This document shows positions 56,445-64,000 of a stretch of DNA of 64,000 nt, one piece after another. Location: positions 137,533 to 201,532 of the forward strand of contig CAZIWB010000010.1 in assembly GCA_964542655.1 (NCBI GenBank), given 5' to 3'. Below the pieces are notes generated by a model that saw only the letters and a list, made by a program, of their open reading frames with translations, searched no databases and was not told the DNA's origin. Each line of letters opens with the position of its first letter. The stretch's first letter is position 1. Source of the stretch: an uncultured Cellvibrionaceae bacterium (lineage in GTDB: Bacteria > Pseudomonadota > Gammaproteobacteria > Pseudomonadales > Cellvibrionaceae). Made by a program: the position numbers and the translations under genes.

Positions 56445-56601
56445 AAATTCACTTCCCGCTGCCGTTAGACAAATAATTGATTCGTTATTTGACCCTACTA
56501 CAATGCAACATGTTAGGTTTAATAACGAAATCATCCTAGAAAACATTAGGGATTGTTCGGACGAAGCACTTAAGCGGTATAGATCAAAAAAGAAGAAATA
56601 A
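56437..56601 (+). CDS. Small hypothetical protein between g55 and g47
   Basis: 54 aa ORF bridging the two genes with overlapping start and stop. Confidence 0.3.
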   Translation: MNKNSLPAAVRQIIDSLFDPTTMQHVRFNNEIILENIRDCSDEALKRYRSKKKK

Positions 56602-57641
56602 TGAAGATAGCTTTTATTACTGATACACACTTTGGGGCGCGCAACAGTTCCAGAGTGTTTGCACGATATTTCGACAAGTTCTATTATGAATTTTTCTTCC
56701 CATATCTAGAAGAACATGGAATCAATAGAATTATCCATCTAGGGGATTTGGTTGACAATCGTAAACAGATTAATTTCCTAGCCGCAAGAGATTTGCGCAA
56801 ATTTGTTCGTACATGCACAGACAAAGATATTGAGTTTGGTGTTATTGTTGGCAACCATGATGCATACCACAAAAACTCTAATGAGGTAAATTCTCTTAAA
56901 GAAATTTTTTCTGATAGCAATCTGAAATGGACTGCATACGAGAATCCAGAGACAATTAATATCGATGGGTTGGATATCGCTGTTTTACCATGGATCAATT
57001 CGGGTAACTATGCCGAATCGTTCAAATTTATTGAAGAGACACCAGCGGAAATCTTGTTAGGGCATCTTGACATAGCTGGTTTTGAGATGTATAAGGGGTC
57101 CGTTCAGAATCACGGTATCGACCGATCAGCGTTCCGCAAGTTCGATACCGTGATGACAGGGCACTTCCATCATAAATCTACTGATGGCCAGATATTCTAT
57201 CTAGGCGCACCATATCAAATCACGTGGTCTGATTGGAACGACGATAGAGGGTTTCATATCTTTGATACTGACACCAGACGCCTAACGTACATCAAAAATC
57301 CTTTCGAAATCTTCCATAAGATCATCTATGATGACACACCAGAGGAAGAGTTAGACGGCATGGATTATTCTAGCTGTTACATCAAAGTGATAGTGAAGAA
57401 CAAGACCAGCCAGCTTGATTTTGATAAGTTTCTATCAAGGATAGAACAACAAAATCCAGAGGACTTACAGGTATTTGAAGATGCGGTTGGTATCGAGTTT
57501 GATGGAACTGAAATAGAAGCAGGGCAAGATACCCTATCCATAATCAAAACCGAAATACAAAATTCTGAAACTAAAGTTGATAAAGATAGACTCACTGGTT
57601 TCATTAGTGATTTGTATTTCGAGGCAGAGCGCATAGAATGA
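56601..57641 (+). CDS. g47: Recombination endonuclease subunit gp47 (Mre11-like)
   Basis: Metallophosphoesterase motifs DTHFG, GDLVD, GNHD and GHFH. Confidence 0.8.
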   Translation: MKIAFITDTHFGARNSSRVFARYFDKFYYEFFFPYLEEHGINRIIHLGDLVDNRKQINFLAARDLRKFVRTCTDKDIEFGVIVGNHDAYHKNSNEVNSLKEIFSDSNLKWTAYENPETINIDGLDIAVLPWINSGNYAESFKFIEETPAEILLGHLDIAGFEMYKGSVQNHGIDRSAFRKFDTVMTGHFHHKSTDGQIFYLGAPYQITWSDWNDDRGFHIFDTDTRRLTYIKNPFEIFHKIIYDDTPEEELDGMDYSSCYIKVIVKNKTSQLDFDKFLSRIEQQNPEDLQVFEDAVGIEFDGTEIEAGQDTLSIIKTEIQNSETKVDKDRLTGFISDLYFEAERIE

Positions 57642-59344
57642 TAATTTTCAAGGAAGTAAGATATAAAAATTTTTTATCAACGGGTAATGACTTTACCACT
57701 ATCAATTTAAACAAGGCAAAGTCTACTCTTATTGTAGGTGGCAACGGTGATGGAAAATCAACCATCATTGATGCCATCTGCTTTGCCCTATACGGAAAAC
57801 CTTATAGGAAGGTTACCAAACCACAGTTAGTAAACTCTATTACCGGTAAGGGTCTTCTGGTTGAATTGGAATTTTCTATTGGCACCAACTCGTACATGTT
57901 ACGTAGAGGGATCAAGCCAAACGTGTTTGAAATCTATCAGAACAACAATCTGATAGACCAATCATCTGATGTTAAGGACTATCAGGCCATTTTGGACAAG
58001 ATTATTAAAATCGACTTCAAAAGCTTTTGCCAGATTGTTATCCTAGGTTCTGCCAACTACATTCCATTCATGGAACTGACAACAGCGGATAGAAGAGCGG
58101 TTATTGAGAACACGTTAAGCCTTCAGATATTCACGTTGATGAACTCCATTCTTAAGCCTAAGATTGTCCAATTCAAGGAAGATTATAAGGCTCTTGAAGA
58201 TGAAATCAGGCTAACAGAAAATACACTCTCGTTGCTAGAGAGAAATGAAGAATCGTTGAAACAAAATAACGATGAAATCATTGCGGACAAAGAAGATCAG
58301 ATAGCCGCCATTAAGACTGAATTAAAGGACAAGGCGAAACAGGTAGAAGAGCTTAAGGAACAACGAGAGGCCATCCTTAGCACCATTACAATAGATGCTG
58401 ATGAAGTAAGCAAATCGCGGTTTGATATAGGCGAAAAGATATCTGAATATAAAAAGACGATTGCTGATTGTGATAAGCATCTATCCTTTTATAATGACAA
58501 CAATATCTGCCCTACGTGTGATCAGTCGCTAGAAGCCGATCACAAGCACTTTAATATCTCTGGCCTAGAGAAGTCTAAGACAGAAGCATATAACGCTAAG
58601 GTAGCTCTAGAGGCGGAATTGGATGTTATTGTTGCCACTATCCTAGAGGTAGATAGTAAGCAAAAGGCTGCATCTGAAATCACTACTAAGATTAAGGAAA
58701 TTGTTTCTGAATCCAAGTATAAAATCACCACTATGGATTCTATCACCAACGAAATCACCGCTCTTAAGGCTAAGACACAAGAAAACAGCAATGTTGATGA
58801 AATAAACAAGACTAAGAGCATCCTTAACGCTTTATACGACACAAAAGACAGGATGCACGAAGAAAAGGATTTACTTGAAGCCTCTCTTGTGTTATTAAAG
58901 GACGGTGGACTTAAGACAAAGCTTGTCAAAGAGTACATACCTAAGATCAATTCTATCCTTAATGGATATCTGTCCGATCTTGATTTCTTCGTACATTTTG
59001 AGTTGGATGAAAATTTCAACGAAACTATTAAATCAAGACATAGAGATAAATTCTCTTATTCTTCCTTCTCTGAAGGCGAAAAGCAGAGAATTGACCTAGC
59101 ATTGATGTTGACATGGAGGGATATTACGAAGATTCGTAATGCAGCATCAACGAACCTCCTATTCATGGATGAAATCTTAGATAATTCTATGGATTCTATT
59201 GGCGTAGACAATCTATGCCAAATACTGAATAAGAAAGACAAAGACACCAACATTTTTGTTATTTCTCACTCTGAAAAGATGGTTGATAAGTTTCATGCAT
59301 CTATTAAGTTTAAGAAGATCAAGAATTTTAGCAGGATGATATAA
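57638..59344 (+). CDS. g46: Recombination endonuclease subunit gp46 (Rad50/SbcC-like ATPase)
   Basis: Walker A GGNGDGKST, a long coiled coil with a CxxC hook (CPTCDQ), signature FSEGEKQR and a D-loop. Confidence 0.85.
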   Translation: MIIFKEVRYKNFLSTGNDFTTINLNKAKSTLIVGGNGDGKSTIIDAICFALYGKPYRKVTKPQLVNSITGKGLLVELEFSIGTNSYMLRRGIKPNVFEIYQNNNLIDQSSDVKDYQAILDKIIKIDFKSFCQIVILGSANYIPFMELTTADRRAVIENTLSLQIFTLMNSILKPKIVQFKEDYKALEDEIRLTENTLSLLERNEESLKQNNDEIIADKEDQIAAIKTELKDKAKQVEELKEQREAILSTITIDADEVSKSRFDIGEKISEYKKTIADCDKHLSFYNDNNICPTCDQSLEADHKHFNISGLEKSKTEAYNAKVALEAELDVIVATILEVDSKQKAASEITTKIKEIVSESKYKITTMDSITNEITALKAKTQENSNVDEINKTKSILNALYDTKDRMHEEKDLLEASLVLLKDGGLKTKLVKEYIPKINSILNGYLSDLDFFVHFELDENFNETIKSRHRDKFSYSSFSEGEKQRIDLALMLTWRDITKIRNAASTNLLFMDEILDNSMDSIGVDNLCQILNKKDKDTNIFVISHSEKMVDKFHASIKFKKIKNFSRMI

Positions 59345-59346
59345 TT

Positions 59347-59625
59347 ATGAAGTTGTATAGTTTTTATTGGAATTGTGGTCGTGTGGGCGACGTAGAGGGC
59401 GTATTTGTTTCCGATGACGAAACACTAGAAAAGTATTATGGCTCCGAAGTTTATTTCGGAGAAATTCTAGGTAAGCACTCTGAAATTTGTGGCACTCTGG
59501 ATAGAGATGATATTGAAGTTCTATCTGATGATGAAGAAAAGATAGAATGGCTGGTATCGGTAACTGGTGGCGATTATACTATCTCTGGTTACAATCCACT
59601 ATCATATTTGAGTGAAAGAGAATGA
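59347..59625 (+). CDS. Hypothetical protein
   Basis: 92 aa ORF, first of an inserted block between g46 and g45. Confidence 0.4.
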   Translation: MKLYSFYWNCGRVGDVEGVFVSDDETLEKYYGSEVYFGEILGKHSEICGTLDRDDIEVLSDDEEKIEWLVSVTGGDYTISGYNPLSYLSERE

Positions 59626-60427
59626 GATGCATTGGGTTATTAATACTTCTCTCAAAAGAGAATTGGGATATGACGCACTAATCTATAACTTAGAAAGGCA
59701 AAGGGTTGAATATACCCTTTGCCGCAAACCCCCATTCGTGGATTATTTAATTTCAATGGAGGATGATCTAGATGAGAATGGATGTCACAAAGAAATACAC
59801 TTAGATATTGACGGTCATGTGTTTGTATCAGGAACAACGTCCATGAAGGGAGTATCTGATAAACACGGTTGGAAACCCGGCTATATAGATTCACCATCTA
59901 TCATAGAGGGGATAGAACATTGGGGTGACAACTGCCTGCAATATGGGTGTATGATTGGAACCATTAAAGACATAGTTCCACCAGAGGGGAAGGATTTTTT
60001 CATTAAACCAAATGAAGATTCTAAGTCGTTTAGTGGCACATTGATGGATAGTGATAAGTTTGAATCTTTTAGAGATAACTTGTTGAAGATTGATTCTTAC
60101 ACAACAATTCCACCAGAGACAGAAGTGATCATATCGCCCATTAAGAAGATATGGGCAGAATACAGAACTATCATTGTAGGCGGTCGTTATGTCACTGGTT
60201 CTAGATATAAGACAGGCTCTAGGGTTGAATATTCACCAGACGTAGGTGGGCGAATAATCGATTTCGCCAACGAAATGATAGACATCTGGAATCCACGAGT
60301 GGCGGTGACATTAGATATTGCGGACACACCAGAGGGATTGAAAATTATTGAGACAAATTCGATTTCATCATCTGGTTTTTATGCAATTGATATGAGTAAA
60401 TTTGTAGGAGAAATTAGTTCACTATGA
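59612..60427 (+). CDS. ATP-grasp domain enzyme
   Basis: FIKPNEDSKSFSG (K-P...S-G nucleotide loop), EYRTIIVGG, and a C-terminal LDIADTPEGLKIIETNS (E-x-N metal site). Confidence 0.6.
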   Translation: MKENEMHWVINTSLKRELGYDALIYNLERQRVEYTLCRKPPFVDYLISMEDDLDENGCHKEIHLDIDGHVFVSGTTSMKGVSDKHGWKPGYIDSPSIIEGIEHWGDNCLQYGCMIGTIKDIVPPEGKDFFIKPNEDSKSFSGTLMDSDKFESFRDNLLKIDSYTTIPPETEVIISPIKKIWAEYRTIIVGGRYVTGSRYKTGSRVEYSPDVGGRIIDFANEMIDIWNPRVAVTLDIADTPEGLKIIETNSISSSGFYAIDMSKFVGEISSL

Positions 60428-60816
60428 GAAATATTGAAAGGAACGTTATGAAATCAGTACGTATTGAAAAGGATAGATTGTTATCCACTATTAGGGAAAA
60501 CCTAGTGGCACACGTTGAGCAATACACCGAAAGTGTGGAAGATTATGTTAATCTTGTTAAGACTATTGCCAAGCACAACTATAAGATCGCCAACACTGGT
60601 GATATTGAAAAGTTTGGGAAACTTAAGTCATTCCCTAAGCCGCCAACGTCATATGAAGATTCGTATACTAAGGCAATCCGTATGCTGGAATTTGAAGTTG
60701 AGTCTGTTATTGAAATTGACGAAACAACATTTAACCAGTTGGTACTAGATGAATGGGGATGGAAAAGTAGTTTCGTGTCTGCATCCACTTTTTATAAGAG
60801 CGAGAGCGCACTATGA
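60424..60816 (+). CDS. Hypothetical protein
   Basis: 130 aa ORF. Confidence 0.4.
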   Translation: MRNIERNVMKSVRIEKDRLLSTIRENLVAHVEQYTESVEDYVNLVKTIAKHNYKIANTGDIEKFGKLKSFPKPPTSYEDSYTKAIRMLEFEVESVIEIDETTFNQLVLDEWGWKSSFVSASTFYKSESAL

Positions 60817-61109
60817 CAGAAAAAAATATTGATTATCGCTATAGTGAAGACAGAATCCTAGAAGAAATTGCTAAATACATCGATGCCACCTATAACGAAC
60901 ATTATTCGCAAGGTGAAATTCAGGCTACAGAAGTGATTATTGATCGTGGCCGAGGCATCGGATTTACCCTTGGGAATATTGATAAGTATTCACAAAGATA
61001 CGGAAACAAGGGTGAAGTTAAGGATTGGCGTAAAGATTTGATGAAAGTCATTCACTACGCAATAATTGCACTACATGTGCATGATTTAGAACATGGGGAT
61101 AAAAAATGA
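60813..61109 (+). CDS. Hypothetical protein
   Basis: 98 aa ORF. Confidence 0.4.
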   Translation: MTEKNIDYRYSEDRILEEIAKYIDATYNEHYSQGEIQATEVIIDRGRGIGFTLGNIDKYSQRYGNKGEVKDWRKDLMKVIHYAIIALHVHDLEHGDKK

Positions 61110-61288
61110 AGATTGTTTATTATAAAAGTATTACTGAAGATGGCTGTTCGACTAAGGAAGGGCAAGCCGAATTTAAAGACGCTACCACTAAAGATATGAA
61201 AGAATCTGGATTTCTAGGACTTGAAGATTCTGTTTTGTTCGTATTCTCCGACCGCTTCGTTTCTGAAGTGTGTGTTCTTCCATCGTAA
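61106..61288 (+). CDS. Hypothetical protein
   Basis: 60 aa ORF. Confidence 0.3.
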   Translation: MKIVYYKSITEDGCSTKEGQAEFKDATTKDMKESGFLGLEDSVLFVFSDRFVSEVCVLPS

Positions 61289-61300
61289 TTAGGAGACATA

Positions 61301-62251
61301 ATGGAAATTAAAATTGACATTGACTATCTAAGGTCAAGAAAACTAATGATCGGCACACCTATGTATGGTGGCCAGTGTTTCGGGGTTTATTCCAAGTCTG
61401 TAGCAGAACTACAGGGAATTTGTACTCAATATGGCATCCCCCTAGCAAATTATAACCTGTACAACGAATCACTTATCACCCGTGCCAGAGCATATGTAAG
61501 CGATGAGTTTATGCGTTCTGATTGTACTAATCTGTTGTTCATCGATTCTGATATTGGCTTCAACCCTATTGACGTGCTGGCCATGCTATCACTTCAGACA
61601 GATGATAGCCCTTATGACATCCTTTGCGCCCCATATCCAAAGAAGAATATTTCTTGGGAAAAGGTGAAAACTGCTGTTGACAAGGGTATGGGTGATGAAA
61701 ACCCAAACAACCTACAAAATTATATGGGTGATTTCGTGTTCAACCCTGTAGGGGGAATTTTAAATCTTACGGAACCTTCAGAAGTTCTAGAGTCTGGCAC
61801 TGGCTTTATGATGATTCGTAGAGCAACATTCGAAAAGTATGAAGAAGCCTATCCAGAACTGAAATATAAGCCTGATCACGTTAGAACAGAACATTTTGAT
61901 GGTTCGCGCGAAATCATGATGTATTTTGATACTCCTATTGACGGTAAGCGTAATAATATTGTTGAAGAGCTTGGGTTATTCCTTGCTGATAAGCCTAGGG
62001 CAACCCATGATGAAATCCTTGCATTCGTCAAGGATACCAAGAATGGTTACAAGAAATATACGGATAGATACCTATCTGAAGATTATTCCTTCTGCCAGCG
62101 TTCGCGCAAGGCCGGAATGTCTGTTTACCTATGCCCATGGATCAATCTGGTTCACTTTGGCAACATGGCGTTTGGTGGTTCGATTGCTGCTTTAGCATCG
62201 ATTGAAGAGCATCTAACGGCAGACCCTAACAAGGTCAAAAAGGGGGGTTGA
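61301..62251 (+). CDS. Putative glycosyltransferase
   Basis: 316 aa; FIDSDIGF (DxD-like) and EDYSFCQR motifs are reminiscent of nucleotide-sugar glycosyltransferases; lies in the replication module. Confidence 0.4.
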   Translation: MEIKIDIDYLRSRKLMIGTPMYGGQCFGVYSKSVAELQGICTQYGIPLANYNLYNESLITRARAYVSDEFMRSDCTNLLFIDSDIGFNPIDVLAMLSLQTDDSPYDILCAPYPKKNISWEKVKTAVDKGMGDENPNNLQNYMGDFVFNPVGGILNLTEPSEVLESGTGFMMIRRATFEKYEEAYPELKYKPDHVRTEHFDGSREIMMYFDTPIDGKRNNIVEELGLFLADKPRATHDEILAFVKDTKNGYKKYTDRYLSEDYSFCQRSRKAGMSVYLCPWINLVHFGNMAFGGSIAALASIEEHLTADPNKVKKGG

Positions 62252-62270
62252 CATACTAACCCCCTTATAT
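62243..62270 (+). terminator. Hairpin terminator after the glycosyltransferase gene
   Basis: GGGGGTT-GACATAC-TAACCCCC followed by TTATATT. Confidence 0.45.
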
Positions 62271-62297
62271 TATAAGTGAATATGGAGTACATTAATA

Positions 62298-62939
62298 ATG
62301 AATTTTGACAGTAATACAATTAAAATCCTTTCTAACTTTTCGAAGATTAACCAATCAATCCTATTCAAGCCGGGTAAAACCATTAGCACTATGGCTGCTA
62401 GTAGGTCTATCTTTGCTAAGGCTGATGTAGATATTGAGTTTGATAAGAAGTTTGCCATTTATGAACTTAACAAGTTCCTAAGTGCACTCTCTCTTTTCGA
62501 AAGTCCAGAAATCAAAGTGCATGATAAGCACGTGGAAATCAGACAGGGTAGCAAGGTCATTAAGTACCTTCTAACCGAACCTGAATTTATCGTTTCCCCT
62601 CCTACCGATAGCATTGATCTACAGGATATCGCTATCACATTTACCATCACAGAACAACAATATAACGAAGTGATTAAGGCTATGTCTATCTTGGCGCTGC
62701 CTGAAATCTCTATTGTGTGTGATGGCGAAAGCATCCTTCTAAAATCTATCAACACCAAGAATCCAACTTCAGATGAATATAGCATCTGGCTAGGTGATAC
62801 GGATAAGGTTTTCTCTAAGACTTTCAAGGTAGAGAATATCAAGAACATTCCTTGTGACTATGAGGTAACCGTAACCGAAGGTGGGGTTTCTCATTGGAAA
62901 TCTGGTATCGTAGAATACTACATCATGGCGAACGCATAA
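62298..62939 (+). CDS. g45: Sliding clamp gp45
   Basis: 213 aa; aligns to T4 gp45 along its length (KILSNFSKINQSILFKPGK versus ALLKNFATINSGIMLKSGQ). Confidence 0.75.
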   Translation: MNFDSNTIKILSNFSKINQSILFKPGKTISTMAASRSIFAKADVDIEFDKKFAIYELNKFLSALSLFESPEIKVHDKHVEIRQGSKVIKYLLTEPEFIVSPPTDSIDLQDIAITFTITEQQYNEVIKAMSILALPEISIVCDGESILLKSINTKNPTSDEYSIWLGDTDKVFSKTFKVENIKNIPCDYEVTVTEGGVSHWKSGIVEYYIMANA

Positions 62940-63277
62940 TGGGTGTTGATACGAGATTTTACGCCGTGTATGGCGTCTGTATGACAGAATGGGATGATGC
63001 TTTCTATGATGAATATGATGAAAAGTATGACCTAACAGAAGGAAAATGCCCTATCGTTTTTGATGGGATGTCTGGTGAATATTTCGTTATGGGCCACCAG
63101 TTTATGGAAACGGAATCTATGCGATATGAAATGCCATATGGTTTCACGTCCATTGATCCAATGGACCTAGAAGAATATAAGCAAGAATACATATCCAACT
63201 TTCATGACGTATTTCCAAACTGGACACATCTTTTAGATGGCCCATGGGAGATACATGTTTTTGTCCACTATAGCTAA
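62939..63277 (+). CDS. Hypothetical protein
   Basis: 112 aa; TAATG overlap with the g45 stop. Confidence 0.4.
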   Translation: MGVDTRFYAVYGVCMTEWDDAFYDEYDEKYDLTEGKCPIVFDGMSGEYFVMGHQFMETESMRYEMPYGFTSIDPMDLEEYKQEYISNFHDVFPNWTHLLDGPWEIHVFVHYS

Positions 63278-63291
63278 TAGGGAATTATATT

Positions 63292-64000
63292 ATGGAAGAA
63301 ATTTTTTGGGTGGAGAAATATCGCCCTAGAACAATCAATGACACAATTCTACCAAAAGAGTTGAAAGAAACTTTCAAGAATTTTGTGGCGACAAGAGAAT
63401 TTCCCAACCTCATTCTATCTGGTCGCGCTGGCATTGGTAAGACTACTATTGCCAAGGCCATGTTAGATGAATTGGGGTGTGATTATATTGTCATTAACGC
63501 ATCGCTTAATGGTAATATCGATACGCTTAGGAACGAAATTCAACAGTTTGTGTCTACAATGTCTTTTGCTGGTGGGCGCAAGTATGTTATCCTAGATGAG
63601 TTTGATAGTATTTCGTCAAACTCATTCCAGCCAGCGCTAAGGGCGTTCATTGAAGAATTTTCTAGGAATGCAGGGTTTATTATGACCTGTAATTTCCCTA
63701 ATAAGATTCTAGAACCAATCCGTTCTCGTTGTTCGATCATTGATTTCAAGATGCCTAAGGATGAAGTTCCTACGCTTGTCAAGGAATTTTATGATCGTAT
63801 CGTGTACATCCTTAATACCGAAGGGGTGGAATACGATAAGAAGGTTCTACAAACCGTTATCAAGAATAATTATCCAGATTGGCGCAAGATTATTAACGAT
63901 CTACAGCGCTATTCACATTCTGGTAAGATTGATAGCGGTATCCTTCTGAATCCGGCTAGTGAGGTTGTTAAGCAACTGGTTTCCTTTATGAAGGAAAAGA
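63292..64000 (+). CDS. g44: Clamp loader subunit gp44 (RFC-like AAA+), 3' end beyond window
   Basis: EKYRP, Walker A GRAGIGKTT, DEFD and SRC motifs, parallel to T4 gp44. Confidence 0.75.
   Translation, partial: MEEIFWVEKYRPRTINDTILPKELKETFKNFVATREFPNLILSGRAGIGKTTIAKAMLDELGCDYIVINASLNGNIDTLRNEIQQFVSTMSFAGGRKYVILDEFDSISSNSFQPALRAFIEEFSRNAGFIMTCNFPNKILEPIRSRCSIIDFKMPKDEVPTLVKEFYDRIVYILNTEGVEYDKKVLQTVIKNNYPDWRKIINDLQRYSHSGKIDSGILLNPASEVVKQLVSFMKEK

Overview
This 64 kb window looks like part of a T4-like myovirus genome, AT-rich (roughly 38-40% GC by eye) and with cyanomyovirus-like gene order. At the left end a conserved T4 core block (neck gp14-like, gp15-like, small terminase gp16-like, large terminase gp17) sits on the + strand, preceded by a truncated homing-endonuclease-like gene on the - strand. 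From ~4.85 kb to ~41 kb lies a large hyperplastic accessory region, transcribed almost entirely on the - strand. It holds about 75 small ORFs and about 27 tRNA or tRNA-like genes in several clusters. It also holds two HNH endonucleases, an N6-adenine DNA methyltransferase, MazG-like and PTH2-like enzymes, two secreted transglutaminase-like cysteine proteases, an SPFH/flotillin protein, a SprT-like protease, a DUF932-like protein, a ~1 kb ORF-free stretch that appears to encode structured RNA with a tRNA-like CCA 3' end, and a five-fold (plus one diverged) repeated promoter+leader cassette. From 41.2 kb onward the + strand carries the conserved T4 structural and replication module: tail sheath g18, tube g19, portal g20, prohead core genes, protease g21, scaffold g22 and major capsid g23. 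Next come a second homing-endonuclease-like paralog (- strand), a possible gp3, peptide deformylase, UvsY, UvsW, gp55, gp47, gp46, an inserted ATP-grasp/glycosyltransferase cluster, sliding clamp gp45 and the start of clamp loader gp44. The most notable observations are: (i) a family of proteins whose N-termini match the T4 capsid-targeting sequence, two of them with ADP-ribosyltransferase-like motif spacing; (ii) a set of non-canonical tRNA-like genes; (iii) the repeated promoter/leader cassette; and (iv) the structured-RNA locus. All calls rest on reading the sequence and recalling protein-family motifs. No database search or folding program was run, and tRNA folds were done by hand.
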